In this document: positions 56,721-64,000 of the stretch, piece after piece | Layout of the letters: each line of letters starts with the position of its first letter | How positions within the stretch are numbered: position 1 is the first letter of the stretch | From: Eledone cirrhosa | Lineage: Eukaryota | Direction: 5' to 3' | Assembly: GCA_964016885.1 (NCBI GenBank) | Contig: OZ024746.1 | Span: forward strand, 48,794,001-48,858,000 | DNA length: 64,000 bases | Notes under the pieces: model-generated | Database searches by the model: none | Seen by the model: the letters and a program-made list of their open reading frames with translations, nothing else | Told to the model about the DNA's origin: nothing | Position numbers and translations under genes: made by a program

Positions 56721-56914
56721 ACATAGAATACTAATAAGTCAAGGTACCTCCATGTGTTCGCGCGATCAGCTCGAAATAGCTGTTAAATTAAGTAATAAAA
56801 TAATAATTTTTATAAACAGGGTGTGATCACGGTTCGAGTTCACCGGAAGCGTGATGAATCGAGACTGATCCAGGATCAAAACACAGCAGATGTTGAATCG
56901 AACCAAGAAAGAAT

Positions 56915-57085
56915 CCTTATGTGGTCAGCCGACCTGCTGGAAATAACAGCAAAATCTCATTCAAATTAAATTCCACAATCTTATAGACAAAGAATACCAC
57001 CCAGAACACAGGAGTGGGTGGTCACGGCTGTAACGCCTTTGACCTTGGTTTTTCTTGATCATGTTTGAGGTGAGCCTAAAGAACA
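56915..57085 (+). mobile_element. diverged interspersed repeat (family D)
   Basis: GACCTGCTGGAAATAACAGCAAAATCTC...GGTGGTCACGGCTGTAACGCCTTTGA; related TGCTAGAAATA motifs also at ~56345 (+) and ~55495 and ~55900 (-). Confidence 0.45.
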
Positions 57086-57747
57086 CCATTTTTTCACAAA
57101 AACATACATGAATACATATGTAATCCTCTTGTTATCATTACAATTTAGTTTGTTTTGTTCTAAAATCTGTGTTAATATTCTCTTTAAAAACATCTTAGTT
57201 ATTGTATGATGCATTTATTCAATTTAACTCATATGTGAGGGTGTCGAAATCACGTCTATCATTGTTTCAAGATAGGACATCATGCTGCTATGTAAGATAA
57301 TACGAAAAACATACTTACTGCATTCTTTCAAATTAAAAAAAATTTTTTTTTTTAAATATTTTAACAAGACAAATGTCCACGTATCTGTAGCTCAGTTTTC
57401 AGCATTTACCTCTATAAACAGATTGTGTGTTTCGTGTCTAGTCATCAGTTTTCTTTCAGATTGCATTGTTTCGAAACAATAAATTACTATTATATATATA
57501 TATATACAAATTAATATATGATAAACACTAATACAAGTATATAAGTGTTTGTATTGCAAATGACCAAGTTAGCTAGATTGAAAAATACTAATTAAATTAA
57601 TACAGTTTGCCTGTCTCGATTTAAAATAATAAATCAATAAAAACAAACCCATATTGGCAATAGCCGTGATACCTGGACAAATTTAAATTTCAAAACTCAA
57701 ATCTGTTTAATTGTAAAAGACTGTTTGAGTTTATAACTCTATATATA

Positions 57748-57813
<66 letters not shown>

Positions 57814-57822
57814 ATTTATATA
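57748..57822. repeat. (TA)n microsatellite
   Basis: direct reading. Confidence 0.95.
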
Positions 57823-57824
57823 TA

Positions 57825-57965
57825 AACCCGCCAAGGTTAACTTTGCCTTTCATCCTTACGGGGTCAATAAAATAAAGTACCAGTCACGCACTGGGGTCGA
57901 TTTAATCGACTTTCCCCTCCCCCCAAATTTGCTGGCCTTGTGCCTATATAAGAAACCACTATTAT
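57825..57965 (+). mobile_element. SINE family A, 5'-truncated
   Basis: CCCGCCAAGGTTAACTTTGCCTTTCATCC...CTGGGGTCGATTTAATCGAC..CCCCTCCCCCCAAATTTGCTGGCCTTGTGCCTA..GAAACCAC. Confidence 0.9.
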
Positions 57966-57979
57966 ATACATACATACAT

Positions 57980-60900
57980 CAATCAACGCGATCAGTCGCA
58001 TATTTTGGCGTGGGAGACTATTTATTAAATTTAAGATGAATACTATCTCCGACAGTAATGCCACAACTACAGCCAGGTTGAATAACTGGTTATTTTTCTA
58101 ACTATCCCTTCTGAAGACACCTTTTATTCGAATTCGTAGAGATATCCGACTAAATACATAATTCATTTTACAAGGATTTGCTACAAACAGCATGGCTGAA
58201 CACAACATCAACAACAAAAATTAAGGAAGTATCGAAGACAAATAACAAAGAAGGTAATCATACTTTATTCAGTTGTAGCTACAGAAGAAACCGAAATTAT
58301 AAATCGCATTTCTCTTGGAGTTGCGAACTTAATAATGATTTATTTAATTGTTATAAAATGGCAAAAAAACAATCCCTCCATTGGCTATATGAATAGAATG
58401 AAGCTACACTGGGACTAAATGCACCCAGAGCTAAATTATTTCACAGCGAAACAATGACACCAACAAGCGACGTTTGTTGAACGTAAAAATAAGATAAATA
58501 TTATTAATTGTAAGTCCCCCACAACAAACATGGAATCAACAACACGTGCTACAGATTGCCATGCTACTAGACTTCCTAGCAGCCAGGTCGATCAGCGCCT
58601 TGAAACAACTATGCCTGTAAGAAATTTGACACCACCTGTACCATCTAAGTCTACCTCGAATGCTGGGGAAAACACTATCGATAATAATAATAATCGAAGA
58701 AATAATAATAATAATCGAATAAATGTGACACGACGTATACCATCCGAGTCTACCTCGACTATCGATAATTATAATCAAAAGTATGAACAATTGAACATTT
58801 CCCTCAACGAAATCTTCTAGAGAGAAATTAACTCATGTATAAATATTTCTCTGGCTGAACGTGTTAAAATGACAATGGTGAATAAAAAACCAAATAATGA
58901 AATACTATGTGTTATTGACGAAATAGGGGATGAATATTTACGACGGATAAAAACCCCAACATTTTGGCAAATCAACGCCTGTTTATATGCCTTAGCAATG
59001 ACAGTGAAGCATTATCTTGGTGATAGCAGATATATTAACAAGAACAAAACACCACCAAAAATACCATCAAATATATATACCTAAAATAGAAAAAAAGAGT
59101 GCTGACCTACGAAAAAACATAGGACATGTGACAATGCTCCTAACATGCAAACAAACACAAAAAACCTCACTCCTCACCAACAAAGAGTGAAAAATAAAAT
59201 AGAGACGATGTTTGGTAACAGTAGAACCAGAACTCTCCAATATAAGCTGATCTTCCTCAAACAAGAATTGAGGGCCGTTAGCGAAAAACGCCGATACCTG
59301 AAGAAGGTAGATGAGAGAAAAATGCTTAATAAAAGATTCAGACGAAACCAAACATCAGTCTATAGAGATATGAAGGGCAAAATAATAAGTGTCACTGAGG
59401 CCCCATCCCAGAAAGACAGATTCCTTTTGGAGAAAAATATGGGGTGAAAAGAAGAATTTCAACCAAGATGCAGTGTGGCTAAGAGAAATCCGAAAGAACT
59501 ATTGCTCCTACACTACAACAAAAACATACGAAATAAGTGAGGGTACCCTTGAGACTGTGATAGGAAAACTCCAATATAAGAAAACACCAGGAAGAGACAT
59601 GATTGTCGGCTACTGGTACAAAAAACTAATATTCTATCGGAGGTATCTTACTGACCTCTACCAACAAGTTCTTAAGGGAAATACACTTATACCAGAATGG
59701 TTGACATTAGCACAAACGTTACTGGTCCCCAAGAACAAATACACCACTTGGCAAAAAACTACCGACCCATTGCATGCCAGAACCTGATGTATAAGATGTA
59801 TACATCCTGCCTGAACCTATTCCTCCAAGATCACTGTGAAAATAATAACATCATCACAGATGAACAAGCAGCAGGTAAGAAAATGGTTTGGGGATGTGCT
59901 GAAGAACTCCTAATCAACAAAACTGCGATGTCGGAGGTGAGACAACTTAGGAGGAATATGACTACAGACTGGCTGAACTACAAGAAAACTTTCGATTCTG
60001 TTCCCCACTCTTGGATGATAGAGGCCCTCCAACTTGCTAAAGTCCCAGACATTATTGTCAGAGCCATAGAGAAGCTGTCTTCTTCTTGGGCTACTATCCT
60101 AAGGTTAAAGACAGAGAGGGAGGACTCTATTTTCACTGATAAAATAAAATATTGCAGGGGTATATTTCAGGGGGACAGTCTCTCTGTGATATATTTCATC
60201 TTGTCATTAAATCCATTGTCTTTCTGCTCAAGAAATATGAGGGATACATCATTGGCTCACAGGAGGACAGAAATACGAACCTAACCCAAAACTTCTTTGT
60301 GGACGATCTGAAACTCTATGCCAAGAACATGGATGGGATGAAGAAAAATCTTGACCTGGTTACAACGTTCTCAAAGGATATAGGAATGGAGTTTGGCCAA
60401 GATAAATGCTCATACATGACTGTAAAGCGGGGAAAAACAACAACCCAATCTAGCAACATTGTCATCAATGGTCTAACTGTTTCACCGATATCTGATGAGG
60501 ACTGCTACAGATACTTGGGGATAGATGAGAACATATCCTATAATGGTATCTGTAATAAAGAACGCGTAACCAGGGAATACTACACCCGATTAAGAAAGAT
60601 CTGGTCATCGGAACTCTCTGCGCAAAACAAAACAATGGCTCACAATGTGTTTGCTGTGCCTGTCCTAACACCAACGTTTGGAATACTCAATTGGACGATA
60701 GACGAAATCCGAGCAGTTGATGTTGGAACTCGAAAAATACTGAACAACACCGAAAACTTCCACATCAACAGTGACATAGACCGCCTTTACTTGAAACGTA
60801 AGCAGGGAGGCAGAGGCCTAACATCAGTCCAGACAACATTTGAATGTCGCATCATATCTCTCCGACAACATCTACGAACCTCGGAGCGTAGGAGCCCGCT

Positions 60901-62091
60901 TCTCGAGCAAGAGTATCTGCATGAAACAGATAAGATCATGAGAGTTGGGAAGGAACTCTTTGAGAGATATTCCCTTTTTGATAATCAAAAACTCACACCC
61001 AGGGATGTCGCTCAGCTGTATCGCAGTGAATCCATGGATGAAAAACTGCATGCCTATCAGCAAAGAATCATGCATGAATATGTTGCCAGGAACCTCCAGA
61101 GTGAGAGTAATATAGATAAGTAAAGTAGTCTATCTTGGACCAACAACCGCGATATTGGCTCCCACTTTGAAGGATACGCTTTTGCAATCCAAGAACAGGA
61201 AATTAACACGAAATACCTGATTCACAAAAGAGATAGGGATGCAGGCAAAACACCTAGATGTGATAACAAGTGAAGACTCTGCAGAACTAACATCGAGGAT
61301 ATCACCCATGTCATCAGCAGCTGTCCAAAGATGTCATCGCGGTACTATCTACCTATGAGGCATGATGTAGTGGCCAAAACACTGTACAATGCAGTTCGTA
61401 AAAAGGATAGCCCTTATAATAAACACATTAAAAGCTACAACAATGTGGAAGACATCCATGTACATAATATGAAAGAGTACTGGTGGAATGTTCCAGTAAA
61501 AACCCCAATAAAATGCAGGCATAACAGACCAGATATTATGATATGGGACAGGGAGAAGAAAACATGCACAGTAGTGGAAATTAGCTGCCCAGCAGATGCC
61601 AATATAATATCAAAGATTAGTGAAAAGGAGAATATTTATGCAGAACTGATGAGAAATCTGCAGATACTCCACCCTGATTACACCTTCAGATTTATGCCTG
61701 TGATTATTGGGGCACTGGGGTATGTTAGTAACTGCCTCAATACAAATCTTGAGAAGCTAGGCTTCACAGGAACAGAAAGAACACAACTAGTTAGGAAACT
61801 ACAAGTACAATCCATTAATGGAACAGTAAAAATATGTAAAACATTCCAAAAATTTGGCATCTAATAACTGCATATACACATGTACAGATACAAAGCATAT
61901 ACACATGCACACATACAACTCAAAACATACACATCCACATATACAATAACATCCATATCTACACATGCATGCATACATACATATCTACCTAGTTGATGTT
62001 GTGTAAATTCCAATGAGAGAGTCTTGTGTCTATGTTAGAAACCGACTCTCTCTCTATTGGTAAAACTTTGTGAAATTATAAAACCAGAAGA
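57980..62091 (+). mobile_element. full-length decayed R4/Dong-like non-LTR retrotransposon (RT + CCHC + restriction-like endonuclease)
   Basis: Single disrupted ORF with an R4-type N-terminus, RT, zinc knuckle and RLE; flanked by ACATACATACAT at 57968-57979 and 62092-62103. Confidence 0.85.
58192..61864 (+). pseudogene. R4/Dong-type RT-RLE polyprotein with multiple frameshifts and stops
   Basis: N-terminal WSCELNNDLFNCY..GYMNRMKLHW; RT motifs NYRPIAC, KTFDSVPHSW, GIFQGDSLS, FFVDDLKLY, YRYLGI; GGRGL; knuckle *RLC....EDITHVISSC (first Cys replaced by TGA at ~61271); RHD, RPDIMIWD, VVEISCP endonuclease motifs; stops at ~58818 and 61121. Confidence 0.92.
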
Positions 62092-62103
62092 ACATACATA
62101 CAT

Positions 62104-64000
62104 GCTGGCTGCCAACTCATTTTCGAGTACGGCCACTACTTTATATCCATGTAGAAGAACCCCTACCGATGCGCTGACCGAGTGTGGTTTTTAGTCCAGC
62201 CAGCGTCTTGAAAACTCTGTTACAAACACTACACTTGTGACAATTATTGACACCTAGTGCTGGGCCCATGGCACCATGTGACCCAAGGTGTCGTGTGAGA
62301 TCACTACTCGACCTGCATACCCTTCCACAAACATCACATGTCGTCGTCTGATCAACACATATAGCTCCACAGGTGCCTGCTTCCCTGTTCTTGTGCACTC
62401 TCAGGTGACTCTTTAGACCTGCCATGCTCAGACAAACCCTATTACAGGTCTCACATGTCAGGTCAGGCCGTTTGTCAGTGCCTTCGGGAAGGCCAACATG
62501 GATTCCTTTCCGGACATCTCTTTTTAGTGTCGCGTGCCTTCTTCTTGTTTCCTCAAATAGACTCTTGCCACTAGCCACTGCTTTCCTCCAATGCGATCGG
62601 TCGCTAACGCATGCTTCCCAGTGCTCACAAGGGATGTTACTTTTCTTGAGCGCCCCTTGATGCAGTCCTTAAAACGCATCTTGGGTTTGCTCGCGTTCCT
62701 TTTTCCCATTTGGAGCTCGCCATAAAACAGATGCTTCGGCATTCGCTTGACATTCATCCTTACAATATGGCCTGTCCAGCTCAGCTGATGTTTCAAAATC
62801 AAGGACGCAACACCATCACAGTCACTTCACACAAACATTTGCCAAGTTATGCCGAGGATCCGACGTAAGCAGTCGCTTCATCTGTCTACGGTAGACCACC
62901 CACGTCTCGCAAGCATAAAGAAGTGCCGCGAGCACACACGCATGATACACTTTGAGCTTTGTCTTTACCGAAATTCCGTGTTGAGACCAGAGACGCTTGT
63001 TCAGTTTTCCAAAAGCATCACTGGCTTTCTGTATCCTGTTTGATATTTCCCCATCAAGATCGCAGGACATACTCAGAGTGCTTCCAAGATATACAAAACT
63101 GCCAACGACCCTTAGCCGTTCACCATAAACCAAGATGTTGGGCCCACAACATGGCTTTCCAGGGGCTGGTTGGTACATGGCTATTGTCTTTTTCAGGCTT
63201 ACGGTAAGTCCCAATGCAGTACACGCATTAGAAAATGCATCCATGAGATGCTGCATATCAATCTCAGTGTGCGCTACCAGGTCACAGTCATCTGCATAAA
63301 GCAAATCCCTGATTAGTGACAAGTGAACCTTTGATGTAGCATTGAACCTCCTGATATTAAACAGCTTTCCAGTTGATCGATAGCGAACATATATACCATG
63401 ATTGCAGTTCCCGAAGACCTGTTCGAAGACAATGGAGAAGTACAAAGCAAAGAGCGTTGGAGCTGGAATGTCACCCTGTTTGACTCCATTCTCGGCCGTC
63501 ACCGGCTCAGAGAGCTTTCCACCAACATTTACCCATGCCTTCATGTCATCATGGAACAAACGCAAAATTGAAACAAACTTCTCAGGGCACGCCAGCTTCC
63601 TCAAGATATCCCATAAAGCCTTTCTGTTGACCGTGTCAAACACCTTTGTCAGATAAAAAAACACCTGGTAGAGATCCACATTCTGCTCAACACACTTTTC
63701 CTGTAGTTCTCTGGCTGTAAAGATCATGTATACAGTGCCACGCCCAGCCCGAAAGCCCGATTGCAACTCTGGTAGAGCTTCATCAGCAATGTGGAGCAAT
63801 AGACGGTCCAACAGAATTCTACAGAGAACTTTGCTGACGACAGACAACAGTGATATCCCACGATAGTTTCCGTAGTCATCCATGTCTCCCTTCCCCTTGT
63901 ACAAAACAACCATCACAGCATCCCTCCAGTCATCGGGAACATGATTGTTGTTCCAGGCATCCAGAACCAAAGAATGAAGTCGGTGCAAGAGATTCTCTCC
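62104..64000 (-). mobile_element. RTE-clade (BovB-like) LINE, 3' part; continues beyond the window
   Basis: RT and C-terminal region followed by a short 3' UTR ending in (ATGT)n on the minus strand. Confidence 0.88.
62141..64000 (-). pseudogene. RTE-type reverse transcriptase with C-terminal C2H2 zinc fingers (frameshifted)
   Basis: NYRGISLL, QSGFRAGRGT, GVKQGD, LLYADD, FVYLGS, LLYACETW, QLSWTGHIVRM..RMPK.LFYGEL; C-terminal CETC..GLKSHLRVH, CDVC..RHLGSH, CSVC..GLKT; small deletions/frameshifts near 62820-62875 and ~62640. Confidence 0.92.

Overview
Eukaryotic, AT-rich window with no recognisable host gene. The SINE families resemble those I recall from octopus/cephalopod genomes (recall, not a database result). 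Positions 1-~41,700 are one very homogeneous 45-bp satellite array (~927 monomers, consensus ACAGTCAACTWTAACCTCGTTCAACSTATAACAAATCCYAYAAMT). It has a few combinatorial variant sites, nested multi-kb higher-order duplications and extreme C/G strand skew. The giant 15-aa-repeat ORFs on both strands are by-products of this array, which ends abruptly at the 3' tail of a tRNA-derived SINE. The remaining ~22 kb holds SINEs, microsatellites and three larger retroelements. The first is a 5'-truncated Penelope-like element (GIY-YIG remnant missed by the ORF track) with inverted terminal repeats and a candidate minimal hammerhead ribozyme. The second is a full-length but decayed R4/Dong-type non-LTR element flanked by an ACATACATACAT duplication. 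The third is a decayed RTE-clade LINE with C-terminal C2H2 fingers, into whose microsatellite tail the R4/Dong element appears to have inserted.
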